Assembly: GCA_965248575.1 (NCBI GenBank)
Contig: CBDFJQ010000002.1
Location: 672,001 to 736,000 of the forward strand
DNA from: Planctomycetota bacterium
Lineage (GTDB): Bacteria; Planctomycetota; B15-G4
DNA length: 64,000 nt
Reading direction: 5' to 3'
This document shows, in pieces, positions 25,897 to 35,568 of the stretch. The position numbers and the translations under genes were made by a program. The notes under the pieces are model-generated. The model was not told the DNA's origin and searched no databases. It saw nothing but the letters and a program-made list of their open reading frames with translations. Position 1 is the stretch's first letter; every line of letters starts with the position of its first letter.

Positions 25897-28344
25897 CTAC
25901 TTGGACAGGGTGACGTCGACGTCTGCGTACTGGCCCGCGCGAAGATCGACCGTCACGCTTCGCTCCGCGTAGCCCGACGAGCGGAGCACGAGCCGGTAGC
26001 GTCCAGGCTCGAACAGACTGAGCGACGTGTGGATTGGGTAGGAGTCGAACGACCACATGCTAATCGACGCGTCCGACGTGTCCGTGAGGTCCGTGCCCAG
26101 CACGAGGTGCGTCGGGTGTCCCGCGTCGTCGAAGAATTCGTATTGGCCGCTCACCAGCTTTCCCTCTTCGCCGCGCACCGTGACGCGCATCCCCGCGCCC
26201 ACCCGCAGCAGCATGAACTGCGTGATCTCGAGGCCAGGACCGAGTTCGACCTCGAACTCGTTCTCGTAGAAGAGCCCGGATGCGAAGTAGCGGTCCTCGC
26301 CCGGGCGCACGCGAACGCGGTACGCCCCGGGGGGAATGCCCTCGACCCGCAGCTGACCCTCGGCCAACGAGACCTGCCGCGTCTCCGGAGGGACATCTTC
26401 CTGGCCGGCGCGCGATAAACTGACCGTGAATGTCTCAGGGATCGAACCCTGCGGATTCTCCAGCTCGATCACTAGAGTCGCCACCTCCTCGCCACGCACG
26501 AGCTCAACGGGAACCAGGACCTCTTCGCAGGGCTCCGGCGTCCAGAAGTCGAGCGGCACCGGCTGCCGACCGTGGAACGTGATCTCGCCCGTCATGTGCT
26601 TGTTGGGCCGAGCCTGCAGGACGTAGGTCGACTCGTTCCCGCAGAGGGGGAACACCGCAGATTGGAAATCAAAGACGTAGTTGGATCCTCTCTCGGCAGG
26701 CGGCAGGCTCGATGACGGTCGGGCGGACGGGGTTCTCAGGAGCAGGCGGCCCTCGCCCTCGAGGTCGCCCTCGAACTCGAAACGGATCGATGTCCAGCGG
26801 AATTCCAGCACGACACCGTGCTCGGGGGCACGGAAGACCAAGCCGGGGGTACCACCGTGTTGGCTGACCATCCCTTCCGGGTGATCGTCCCATGGCTCGG
26901 GCTTGGTGCGCGACTCGGCCAGCCCCTCCAAACTCACCAGGTACTCGCCAGTACCCAGTCCGCCGAACGCGAAGGCCCCGTTCTCGTCTGTGTCAGTCCA
27001 CTGGCCCCTTAGCGCCAGTTCGAAGCGGCCACCATGGCGAGAGCCGCTTCCCGACAGGGTCGAGAAAGTCGTGGTGGGAGTCAGCCAGAGGAGCTGCACG
27101 GACCGACCGGGAGTGTGGAAGCTTCGCCCTTCGGAGGCCGTCGTATGCATGCCACTTTTCACGGCATCTGGGGTGGCGGCCGTCCTGCGCGTGGGCGACT
27201 GGGCGGAGACTAAGGCACCGGCCACTGGATTGCCGCGGCACTGCACGGATCCCGAGATCGTGTTCCCGGGCTCGAGCACGAGGTTGCCCACGTCGACGCG
27301 CGTGCCGAGCAGCGCCTCGACGTGCGTCGTCGTGGGTCGTCGGCCGTGTTCGTACGACGCCAGCGCATAGCGGCCCGACGCGGACACGCGGAATTCGAAC
27401 GAACCATCTGCCGCACACTCGACGGCGCGGCCGTCCTCATCGATAGGGAAGTCATCCTCGAGCAGCAAGGCACCCACAAGGCCCATCGCCGCCGGAGCGC
27501 CGTCCTCCCGCGTCAGGCGGCCGTGAATCACGGCGGCGGAAACCAACCGCACCCGAACCTCGTAGACCGTCTGGCCGCTCTCCAGCTCTACGCCGCGAGA
27601 CAGGGTCACCCGGGTCGTTTCGATGAGGTGCAACGGATGGTCGACGGAGACCTCCAGTTCGTCGACGCGTAGGTCTTCGACTCGCTCCGCCACAAGCGCG
27701 AAGAACGGATCCAGTTCGAACTCGCTCGTCGATCCCTGGCACGGCCACGAGTCCCGGATCTCGGCGGGCCACTGAGGAGCGTACGAATGCATGCCGTCGT
27801 AGCGGATGAGCGCCGCCTCCGTTCTCGGATCGCCGCGACCCGACTGTGGCAGGCCCTCTCGTTCCTGGAAGGCGACGATCGCTTGGTGCAATCGGGGTCC
27901 CGGCCGTCCGTCGACTTCCAACCGGGTTCCCAAGACACGGTTCAGAGCACTTTGCACCCACTGCACGTAGGCGCTCCATCGCTCAGCGGTGGCAAGCCTG
28001 CGATCGAACGAGCGCTTGTCCACACCCGTCACCGTGACCGTCGTCATCCGCGCGTCTTCTTCGGTGACCCCCTCGATCACCACGCGCAGCACGCTCGTTC
28101 CCTCAACTGCAGACACGCCGCCGGGAGATTCCTCCGCGACCAGATTCTGTACCACGGCCGACCTGGCGACCGGGAGTTCGAACGCGGGCGCGACCGCAGC
28201 ATCCGCGAGCTCTACGCCGGCCTCCAGCGGCTCGACCGCCGCCATCGGCGGTGACTCGGCCCGCGGTGCCCGTACCACGAAGTACACGACGGCCACCGCC
28301 ACGAGAACGGCGACGGACACACAGATCTTCGTTCGCATGGCCAT
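25897..28344 (-). CDS. Membrane-anchored surface protein, paralog 3, with inserted peptidoglycan-binding-like domain
   Basis: Colinear with paralog 2 except for a ~80-aa insert YVQWVQSALNRVLG..LEVDG..GP..HQAIVAFQEREGLPQSG..DPRTEAAL; start at 28344 or 28338. Confidence 0.8.
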   Translation of the reverse strand: MAMRTKICVSVAVLVAVAVVYFVVRAPRAESPPMAAVEPLEAGVELADAAVAPAFELPVARSAVVQNLVAEESPGGVSAVEGTSVLRVVIEGVTEEDARMTTVTVTGVDKRSFDRRLATAERWSAYVQWVQSALNRVLGTRLEVDGRPGPRLHQAIVAFQEREGLPQSGRGDPRTEAALIRYDGMHSYAPQWPAEIRDSWPCQGSTSEFELDPFFALVAERVEDLRVDELEVSVDHPLHLIETTRVTLSRGVELESGQTVYEVRVRLVSAAVIHGRLTREDGAPAAMGLVGALLLEDDFPIDEDGRAVECAADGSFEFRVSASGRYALASYEHGRRPTTTHVEALLGTRVDVGNLVLEPGNTISGSVQCRGNPVAGALVSAQSPTRRTAATPDAVKSGMHTTASEGRSFHTPGRSVQLLWLTPTTTFSTLSGSGSRHGGRFELALRGQWTDTDENGAFAFGGLGTGEYLVSLEGLAESRTKPEPWDDHPEGMVSQHGGTPGLVFRAPEHGVVLEFRWTSIRFEFEGDLEGEGRLLLRTPSARPSSSLPPAERGSNYVFDFQSAVFPLCGNESTYVLQARPNKHMTGEITFHGRQPVPLDFWTPEPCEEVLVPVELVRGEEVATLVIELENPQGSIPETFTVSLSRAGQEDVPPETRQVSLAEGQLRVEGIPPGAYRVRVRPGEDRYFASGLFYENEFEVELGPGLEITQFMLLRVGAGMRVTVRGEEGKLVSGQYEFFDDAGHPTHLVLGTDLTDTSDASISMWSFDSYPIHTSLSLFEPGRYRLVLRSSGYAERSVTVDLRAGQYADVDVTLSK

Positions 28345-28402
28345 CCTTCCAATGGTGCTGATCGGGCGTGGGCGATCCGAGGGTGCAGGCTGGGCAGAGC
28401 GG

Positions 28403-29260
28403 CTACCGCAGGCGGAACAACTCCAACGCTCGGGGCGTGTCCGAGGGCGTGAGCTCGTAGAGCACGAGGTCACCCAGCTCGCGACGGAACAGGTGCGCCG
28501 GGCTGCCCAGCTCGAGGACCGGCCGCGGATCGCGGGCCAGCTTGTCCACCAGGATCAGGATCGGTTCGGGCTGCTGCGGTGACGCCAGCAGCGTCGTGGT
28601 CGGCCAGCTCCGGATGGTGAACGGCCCCTCGATGGAGATCTCGTCCGTCGCGTCGACGAGCAGCTCCTGCCCCAGGCTGTCCTGGAAGTGCCGCGCGAGA
28701 TCGTGGGGAAACCCGCAGGCTGCCGACGCCTGCCGCCACTCATCGGCCAGCTCGGCGTACAGGCCGCCGTATGCCACGCAGCTCGTTTCACCCTCCTGCG
28801 CGCCCAGCCCGGGGCGTGCGACCAGCTGGGCGAGGTCCCCGGGGCTGTCGGCTGCGGGGTTGTCGATTTCGGGGCTTGGGCCGCCCTCGTCCACGACGAC
28901 CGCTGGCGTCTCTGCCTCATACCTGGCGTCGAAGACGTCCATCGCCCACAGACCCAGTGTCGCGAGCAACGATGCCGCGACCGCGACGCGCAGCAAGGAG
29001 AGCCAGCGCCCTGCGGAGTGCCGGGTTCGCGCACCGGTCAAGGCCCCCTGAGCGATGGCGGCCGAGTCCTCGGGCACGGGGAAGGCCGCGGTCAACCGCG
29101 CTTCGAGGGACCGCTGGTGCTTCAGCTCGGCGGCCAGCTCGGGGTCCGCGAAGAGCTGCCGCTCGAACGCCGCCCGCCGCTCGTCGTCGAGCAGACCGTC
29201 GACGTAGAGGTCGAGTTCATCCTGTCCCATGTCGCCGCCGGGTCCGTGGGTGTCGTTCAT
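28403..29260 (-). CDS. Anti-sigma factor-like membrane protein
   Basis: DELDLYVDGLLDDERRAAFERQL N-domain, one TM helix (VAVAASLLATLGLW); ATGA overlap with the sigma gene. Confidence 0.8.
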   Translation of the reverse strand: MNDTHGPGGDMGQDELDLYVDGLLDDERRAAFERQLFADPELAAELKHQRSLEARLTAAFPVPEDSAAIAQGALTGARTRHSAGRWLSLLRVAVAASLLATLGLWAMDVFDARYEAETPAVVVDEGGPSPEIDNPAADSPGDLAQLVARPGLGAQEGETSCVAYGGLYAELADEWRQASAACGFPHDLARHFQDSLGQELLVDATDEISIEGPFTIRSWPTTTLLASPQQPEPILILVDKLARDPRPVLELGSPAHLFRRELGDLVLYELTPSDTPRALELFRLR

Positions 29261-29967
29261 GGCAGGCCTTTCTTCCCGGCGGTCACGCCCGTCCCAGACA
29301 CAGGCGCGGGCGCTGCGGGGTGGCTGGAGGGTGTCGGTCCGTCGGCCAGGCGCTGCCGCAGGAAGCGGCGCGCGCGGTGCACGTGGCTCACGGCCGTTCC
29401 CAGGGGGATGTCTAGAGAGCGCGCGATCTCCTGGTACTCGAGGCCGAGCAGGGTCTTGAGCAGCAGGCACGAGCGCGCCATGGGCTTGAGCTCAGCTAGG
29501 GCACCCGACAGCTCGTCATCGAAGGCGCCGTCGTCGGGGCCCAGCTCGCCTCGCAGGTCGACGGCCGGCCGCGCCGGTCCGGCGACGTCGCGTGCCAGGC
29601 CAGGCTCGCGATCGAGCTGGCCCGGGTCGGAGTCGTAGGTGCGTCGACGTGACCGCGTGCGCGCCTGATTCAGCGCAACGAAGCGCACAATGCGTGCCAT
29701 CCACGCCGTGAAGTTGCTGTCGGGTCGAAACTGGTCCAACTTCTGCAGGCCGATCAAGGCTGCCTCCTGCAAGATGTCTTCCACATGCGATCGGTTGCCC
29801 AGCACGCCCGCGGCCACAGACCACAACACGCGGGCCGATGCCTGAAACTGAACGGCGAACTGCTCGGCATCCAACGCCGCCATCGCCGACTCCGAGGAGG
29901 TCAGTCGCTGGTCTCGCCGTCCGTCGCCGCCAGGCGGCGACGCGGGTGTGCTTGTCGGATTCGTCAT
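29257..29967 (-). CDS. ECF RNA polymerase sigma factor
   Basis: Region 2 VEDILQEAA...FTAWMARIVRF; region 4 GLEYQEIARSLDIPLGTAVSHVHRAR; start uncertain (29967 or 30024). Confidence 0.92.
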   Translation of the reverse strand: MTNPTSTPASPPGGDGRRDQRLTSSESAMAALDAEQFAVQFQASARVLWSVAAGVLGNRSHVEDILQEAALIGLQKLDQFRPDSNFTAWMARIVRFVALNQARTRSRRRTYDSDPGQLDREPGLARDVAGPARPAVDLRGELGPDDGAFDDELSGALAELKPMARSCLLLKTLLGLEYQEIARSLDIPLGTAVSHVHRARRFLRQRLADGPTPSSHPAAPAPVSGTGVTAGKKGLP

Positions 29968-30311
29968 GACCTCCGGGATCGTATCGTCAGGGAGGGATGT
30001 CGCCGACAGGTCGGGGAATTGCACGCGCTTTCCTCACCCCGCAAGAATTCGCTCTGCGGCTCCCCCGCGTTGGGATTTTCGGGCGTCCTGCTCCGCGCGC
30101 GAGGGTTCCCGCCGCCTTTCGGCAAGAAAGGACGCCCTGCTGCATATGCGCGTGCCCATCGGGACATAGGCATCCGGAGGACCGCGTTTGATAGGGGCCT
30201 CCACCCAGCGCGCGGCGGACGTCATGGCGCCCCGACCCACCTCCGCTCGAACCCAGCCCGATGTCCTTAGTGGATGGCTTTCAGCCGTCCCCCAGCCAAA
30301 GGAAAATGGTC

Positions 30312-31817
30312 ATGAAGCACCCTGCACTCACACTCATCTCGTCCCTTGCCGCTGTCAGCCTCGCGGTTGGCGGTTTCGCTGCACCGGTAGCCAACGCCGG
30401 TGACAACGAGCTTCCGCTCCCGGGCAACACGCCGACCGTGGCCAACGAGCACGTCATCGAGCTGGCGATCTGTCTCGATACGAGCGGCTCGATGGATGGC
30501 CTGATCAACTCGGCGCGGCAGAAGCTGTGGACGATCGTCAACGATCTGGCCAAGGCCGAGCCCACGCCGAGACTTCGCGTGGCCCTGCTCAGTTACGGCA
30601 ACGACGGGCACAACCCCGAGAATGGCTGGGTCAACGTCGAAACACCCTTCACGGAGGATCTCGACACCCTCTCGCAGAAGCTCTTTGCGTTGACGACCAA
30701 CGGCGGCACGGAGCTCGTCGGACGTGTTGTCCAGACGTCATTGCAGGAACTCGACTGGCATTCCTCCGAGAGCGCGTTGCGCATGATCTTTGTGGCCGGG
30801 AACGAGTCCGCCGACCAGGACGATCAGGTTGCCGCCCGCACCATTTGCAAGGAGGCGACCGAAGGCGGGATCGATGTGAACTCGATCTACTGCGTCTACG
30901 GCGATGACGACAGTGAAGTCCGGCCGGGCTGGAGGGAGCTTGCCAGGTTGGGCAACGGCGAGTTCGCCATGATCGATCAGGACAACGGGACGGTCGTGAT
31001 TGCCACGCCCTACGACCAGGCCCTGATCAAGCTCTCCGGCGAGCTCAACGAAACCTATCTTCCGTTCGGCGATGCGGGCCAGGCCGGTTGCAGCAACCAG
31101 TTGGCGCAGGACGCCAACGCGGTGCAGATGAACTCCGAGAACGCGGCGTCGCGGGCCGCGACGAAGGCCGGCAAGCTGTATACATGTTCGTGGGATCTCG
31201 TCGATGCGACCCGCAACGGGGAGATTGATCTCGCCGAGGTAGATGAGAAGGATCTGCCCGAAGACATGCGGGCACTCACGTACGCCCAGCGGGCGGCAAA
31301 GATCGATGCCATGTATCAGCGTCGGACGAAGCTGCAGAGTCAGATCAACGAACTCGATCAGCGTCGCCAGAGGCTGTTCGCAGAGGAGCTGGCGCGCCAG
31401 GCGACGACGAACATCGGGAGTTTCGATCTCGCGATCCGCAGCGCCATTCGCACGAAAGCCGGGGTTCTGGGGTTTGCATTCTCGCCGCTCGGGACAACGG
31501 TTGCGATGGTGGTGTCTCCCGTCGAGGCCGAGCTCAAGGTCGAGGTCGAGGAGGTGGAGACGTGCGACTATTTCATCCAGTTCGGCGCTGGAACCATGAA
31601 CACATGGGTAGCCAATGACCTCATCGAGGACTTTGAGGACGCGCGTCTGGAGGGCAAGGACTTTGCGCACGACAGCCAGGTTGTGCCGGGCACACCCGAG
31701 GCCACTGCGCTTATGGAATCGGTGCCGACTCACGTGCGGGATCTCGTCGGATCGTTGCAGGGAGCGATCTACCTGAGCTGGGGTGACAGGATCTACCTTG
31801 TCACGGGTGGGTGTTGA
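30312..31817 (+). CDS. Secreted von Willebrand factor A domain protein
   Basis: Signal peptide; MIDAS LDTSGSM; GGTE, FVAGNE; coiled-coil C-terminal part. Confidence 0.88.
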   Translation: MKHPALTLISSLAAVSLAVGGFAAPVANAGDNELPLPGNTPTVANEHVIELAICLDTSGSMDGLINSARQKLWTIVNDLAKAEPTPRLRVALLSYGNDGHNPENGWVNVETPFTEDLDTLSQKLFALTTNGGTELVGRVVQTSLQELDWHSSESALRMIFVAGNESADQDDQVAARTICKEATEGGIDVNSIYCVYGDDDSEVRPGWRELARLGNGEFAMIDQDNGTVVIATPYDQALIKLSGELNETYLPFGDAGQAGCSNQLAQDANAVQMNSENAASRAATKAGKLYTCSWDLVDATRNGEIDLAEVDEKDLPEDMRALTYAQRAAKIDAMYQRRTKLQSQINELDQRRQRLFAEELARQATTNIGSFDLAIRSAIRTKAGVLGFAFSPLGTTVAMVVSPVEAELKVEVEEVETCDYFIQFGAGTMNTWVANDLIEDFEDARLEGKDFAHDSQVVPGTPEATALMESVPTHVRDLVGSLQGAIYLSWGDRIYLVTGGC

Positions 31818-31967
31818 TCGCAGGCGATTCGCTCTTCTCGGCTCGCCGCGATTGACGGGCAGGTGCGCCCGGGGGCTTGGGACGATTCGCGGAGGCACCA
31901 AGCGGCTGCTGTTCTCGGAGCGCGGAAGGCGACATGCCGTAACTGCGCTGCGCGCAACAGGTAGCGA

Positions 31968-32044
31968 TGGCGTTCCCGCCAGGATTCGAACCTGGGACCG
32001 CCGGATTAGAAATCCGGTGCTCTATCCACCTGAGCTACGGGAAC
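31968..32044 (-). tRNA. tRNA-Arg (anticodon TCT), CCA encoded
   Basis: GTTCCCG-TAGCTCAGGTGGATAGAGC-A-CCGGA-TTTCTAA-TCCGG-CGGTC-CCAGG-TTCGAAT-CCTGG-CGGGAAC-GCCA; full cloverleaf, 77 nt. Confidence 0.97.
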
Positions 32045-32140
32045 ATCGAGGGTCATGGAACCCTTCGGGAGGGCTTGAAGCAATGTCTTGCCGTAACGGG
32101 TGGGCTCCGAGCAGCATCGAGGGGCCAGCTGCGCCGATCC

Positions 32141-33259
32141 ATGCCCGGAGGTTCTGCCGTGATCCCGCCCCTCGCCCGTTCGACCCCTGCACCCTTCCTC
32201 CTGAGGCAACGACGTGCGCTCGGGGTCGTGTGGGCCGCTGCGCCGCGCGCGCTGGCAGCCCTGCTCGCAGCCCTGCTCCTGCCCCAGCTGGCCAGCGCTG
32301 GCGGTGCGGGTGGGGGTCTGAGCGTGCAGGGCCTGATTGACGCGGCCGACCCGGGCGATGTCATCGAGCTGGACGCCGGGATCTATGCGGGCGATGTCGA
32401 TTTCGGCGGCAAGGCTGTCACGGTTCGCGGCAGCGGCCCGCACACGATCCTGCAAGGGACCGGCAACGGCCCGGTGGTGCGCTTCGAAAACGGCGAGACC
32501 AGTGACAGCATCCTGGATTCCCTGACCATCACGGGGGGCGTGGCCAGCGCGGGCGGCGGCGTCTTCATCGACGGTGCGAGCCCGATCATCGTGCGCTGCA
32601 CCATCACCGGCAACCAGGCCAGTTCGAGCGGCAGCGGCATCCAGGTCTCAGGCGGTGGTGCGCCGCTCATCTACAACAACGTCGTCAGCTACAACACGCG
32701 CAGCGGAGGGGGCGACCCCCATGGCATCCAAGTCTCGGGTTCCGCGCCGAGCATCGTCAACAACACCATCGTGCGCGGGGACAGCAACGGCATCCTCGTC
32801 GGCGGTGGCTCGGCGGCGCTGATCCAGAACAACATCATCGCCTGGAACGGCGCCAAGGTCGGCAAGACCACGCGCGGCCGTGGCATCTGCGACTTCAGCG
32901 GCGGGGCGGCGAGCCTGTTCAACAATGTGTTTCATCGCAACCGCGTGGCCGCACTCCTGCGCGGTGGCAAGGATTGGAAGAAACTGAAGTCCTTCCAGAA
33001 GCAGAACCCCGGTGACCAGAAGGTGCAAGGCAATCTGGATGGCATGCCCGGCTTCCTTCGTTCGCCGCCCAAGTCTGGTGCGGCCGTGAACTGCCTGGAT
33101 CTCTCCGTCTGCAACAAGCGGCCCGGGCGGGCGGTGAATGCAGGGCAGGAGGATCCAGCGGGCAACAACCTGGACGGCAGCCGCAACACGGTGGGTCACG
33201 GTGGCGGTCCATTCGCGTTTGGTTCCCGGCAGTTGCCGGGGGTCATCGAAACGTCGTGA
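32141..33259 (+). CDS. Secreted right-handed beta-helix (pectin-lyase-fold/NosD-like) protein
   Basis: IDAADPGDVIELDAGIY.GDVDFGGK; repeated I.NNTI..N / GGG strands; start uncertain. Confidence 0.8.
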   Translation: MPGGSAVIPPLARSTPAPFLLRQRRALGVVWAAAPRALAALLAALLLPQLASAGGAGGGLSVQGLIDAADPGDVIELDAGIYAGDVDFGGKAVTVRGSGPHTILQGTGNGPVVRFENGETSDSILDSLTITGGVASAGGGVFIDGASPIIVRCTITGNQASSSGSGIQVSGGGAPLIYNNVVSYNTRSGGGDPHGIQVSGSAPSIVNNTIVRGDSNGILVGGGSAALIQNNIIAWNGAKVGKTTRGRGICDFSGGAASLFNNVFHRNRVAALLRGGKDWKKLKSFQKQNPGDQKVQGNLDGMPGFLRSPPKSGAAVNCLDLSVCNKRPGRAVNAGQEDPAGNNLDGSRNTVGHGGGPFAFGSRQLPGVIETS

Positions 33260-33315
33260 GGCCGGCGCCATCGTGCGATGGGTCAGGGTGTCTGTGAGCC
33301 TTGAGTCTGCGTTGA

Positions 33316-35466
33316 CTAGCTGCTGCTGATAGGCGGCTTGGGAGGAGCCGGGCGTGCCAGCCAGCCGGCCCACATGGGCCCGCGCCAGAGCGCGCGGTTC
33401 CAGCGCTCACGCTGGACTTCGAGACGTCGCCGCAGCTTCAGGTAACGCTCCCAGTTCTCGTCAGACTCTCCGTCCTGTTCGTCTTGCGTGAGGTCGAGGT
33501 ACTGCTCGAGCATGCCGTGCGTTTCTTCGGAGTCACGATTCAGCATGAGCATGCTGGACACGGCGTCGAGCAACAGTCGCGGGTCGGCTTCCACGAGGGT
33601 GGGGTCCTTCACGAGCCGGCGCTGCAGCGTCCAGGCCTCTTCGTAGCGACGGGCCGTGGCGTACGCACGAGCCAGGGTGACCGTGGCCGCGTAGGAGCTC
33701 TCCCCCTCGGGCCGCAGGGCCACCTCCTTGAGCAGCGGGATGGCGTGCGGAACCCGGTTCAACTGCATCAGCAGGCTGCCCAGGTTGTAGAGCTGGAAGG
33801 GCGCGCCTGGAAAGCGCTCATGGCCCAGCCGCTGCCAGTCGGCTGCGGTGCGCAGGTCGCCGCGTGCCCACGCGAACTCGGTGCCCTGGATGGTCGCCTC
33901 CAAGGAGTAGGGGAAGCGCTTGTCGGCCGTTGCCAGGAGCGCGTCGGATTCTGCCCAGCGCTCGGCAGCCGCCTGCTCGTTGCCACGGGATGCCTCGGAG
34001 CGAGCGCTGTCGGCAACGCGTGCGGCGCGGCTGCGCCCCAGGGCGAAGTCGTGGAAGGCGTACCAGGTGGGTGTCGCGATGGCGAGCAGCGTTGCGGCCA
34101 CCAGCAGCGAGACGTGCGAGGCCGCGGCTGACGGGACGGCGTCGCGGCTGACACAGCCAGCCCGGGTCGCCACGGCGAGCAGCATCGTGATCAGGCTGCC
34201 TGCTTCGATCCAGTGCAGCGGTGTCTCGAGAAAGCAGTAGACAAAGGCGGCTGCGAGGGCGGCTACCGAGGCGTGGAACGGGCCCCGGCGGGCGTTGTCA
34301 TTCGAGAGGGCGCTGGCGCCCTTGCGAACGGCGTGGAAGACGTGGCGCAGCAGGAAGCCGAAGCCTACGAGGCCGATCAAACCGGACTGACCGAATACCT
34401 GCAGGAATTGATTGTGGGCATGGGGCACGAGGCGCGCCGCCGTCTGGTAGGGCAGGATGCCGGTGGCGAAGCAGCCCAACCCCACACCGGTCAGCAGATG
34501 GTCCGAGACCATGGCCAGCGTGGCGCGCCAGATGTCGAAGCGTTCGAAGTTGTTCTCGGCATACTTCGGGTTGAGCAGCAGGCTCAAGCGCTCCAGCGCG
34601 TTGCCCAGCGTGTCGTCAGGGACGAGACCCGCGACGCTGGCCAGGACATAGAGCAGGGCCACTCCGCTGAGGCCCAAGGCCGCGCGCAAGCACACGCGCA
34701 GCAAACGACTGGCGAGGCCGCGCCCGTCGGCTGCGCGAACCCGCAGGATGGCGCTCACGAGCAGGGCGACGGCCACTGCGATGTAGGCACCCCGTGACCC
34801 GATGGCTGTGAGATAGACAGCGATGGGGATCAGCGACACCACGATGCCGCAGCGCCAGGCTGTGGAGAGCTCCCGCTCGAGCACCATGACCACACCGCCC
34901 ACGAACACCATCACCAGGTATTGGGCGGCCAGGTAGCTGTGCGGGAAGAGATCTGTGGAGAGGTAACCGGAGCGGGCGAATTCGGAGACATCCGCCTCGA
35001 GAAAGCGGCCGTAGGCCTGCAGCCCCAGGAAGCTGATGATCAGGCCACCCAGGAGCACCACGGCGTAGAAGGACAAGACCAGGCTGCGGGTCCGCAGCGT
35101 CTTCACCGCCAGGACGTAGGTCAGGGCGAAACACGTGAGGTTGCCCAACTCGACCTGGGACATGCCGGGGTTGATGGCCAGCACGGCCGAGGGCAAGGCG
35201 CAGGCCAGGAACGCCAGGAAGGCGATGTCGGTGGGCGTCCCCAGGGCCGGGCTGGGGCGGCGGGAGAGGGCACCCAGCCACAGGAAGAGGCCGCCGCAGC
35301 TAGCGAGGGCCGCAAAAATGAGGTGCTTGTTGAGGGGGAACTCGCGCGAAACGGGAATCAGCGGCATCACGAAGGCCAGGCCGAGCAAGCAGAGCGTGGC
35401 GCCCCTCTGGGCGAGGCCGGGGGGCTGGCTGGGGGGCTGGCTGGAGGCGTCGCTGGGCGGGTTCAT
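33316..35466 (-). CDS. O-antigen ligase (Wzy_C/PglL-like) family protein with TPR-like C-terminus
   Basis: Many TM helices; GSRGAY, R..IW, GVGLG.F, HAHNQFLQ. Confidence 0.85.
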   Translation of the reverse strand: MNPPSDASSQPPSQPPGLAQRGATLCLLGLAFVMPLIPVSREFPLNKHLIFAALASCGGLFLWLGALSRRPSPALGTPTDIAFLAFLACALPSAVLAINPGMSQVELGNLTCFALTYVLAVKTLRTRSLVLSFYAVVLLGGLIISFLGLQAYGRFLEADVSEFARSGYLSTDLFPHSYLAAQYLVMVFVGGVVMVLERELSTAWRCGIVVSLIPIAVYLTAIGSRGAYIAVAVALLVSAILRVRAADGRGLASRLLRVCLRAALGLSGVALLYVLASVAGLVPDDTLGNALERLSLLLNPKYAENNFERFDIWRATLAMVSDHLLTGVGLGCFATGILPYQTAARLVPHAHNQFLQVFGQSGLIGLVGFGFLLRHVFHAVRKGASALSNDNARRGPFHASVAALAAAFVYCFLETPLHWIEAGSLITMLLAVATRAGCVSRDAVPSAAASHVSLLVAATLLAIATPTWYAFHDFALGRSRAARVADSARSEASRGNEQAAAERWAESDALLATADKRFPYSLEATIQGTEFAWARGDLRTAADWQRLGHERFPGAPFQLYNLGSLLMQLNRVPHAIPLLKEVALRPEGESSYAATVTLARAYATARRYEEAWTLQRRLVKDPTLVEADPRLLLDAVSSMLMLNRDSEETHGMLEQYLDLTQDEQDGESDENWERYLKLRRRLEVQRERWNRALWRGPMWAGWLARPAPPKPPISSS

Positions 35467-35568
35467 GAGCGAGGGTGTTGTACCGTACAATGCCGCGTCG
35501 ACCGCAGGAGGACGAAGGCTGTGCCCTTCGCACGAGGCCCTGCGGAGCCGCGTCGTCTGGAGGGTTCT

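Larger units (their letters stand above)
21355..32000. mobile_element. Putative tRNA-Arg-anchored genomic island (~10.6 kb), no integrase visible
   Basis: Intact tRNA at one end and a duplicated 3' end at the distal side; accessory cargo between them. Confidence 0.7.

Noticed and set aside
21387..31967. Prophage or integrase within the island
   Set aside because: No recombinase, capsid, terminase or replication motifs in any ORF.
31967..32140. N-terminal extension of the beta-helix ORF from ATG 31967
   Set aside because: Overlaps the tRNA antisense; a downstream start before the signal peptide is more plausible.
34921..35568. N-terminal extension of purD in the ORF track
   Set aside because: Mostly antisense to the O-antigen ligase gene; PurD homology starts at GTG 35569 after GGAGG.
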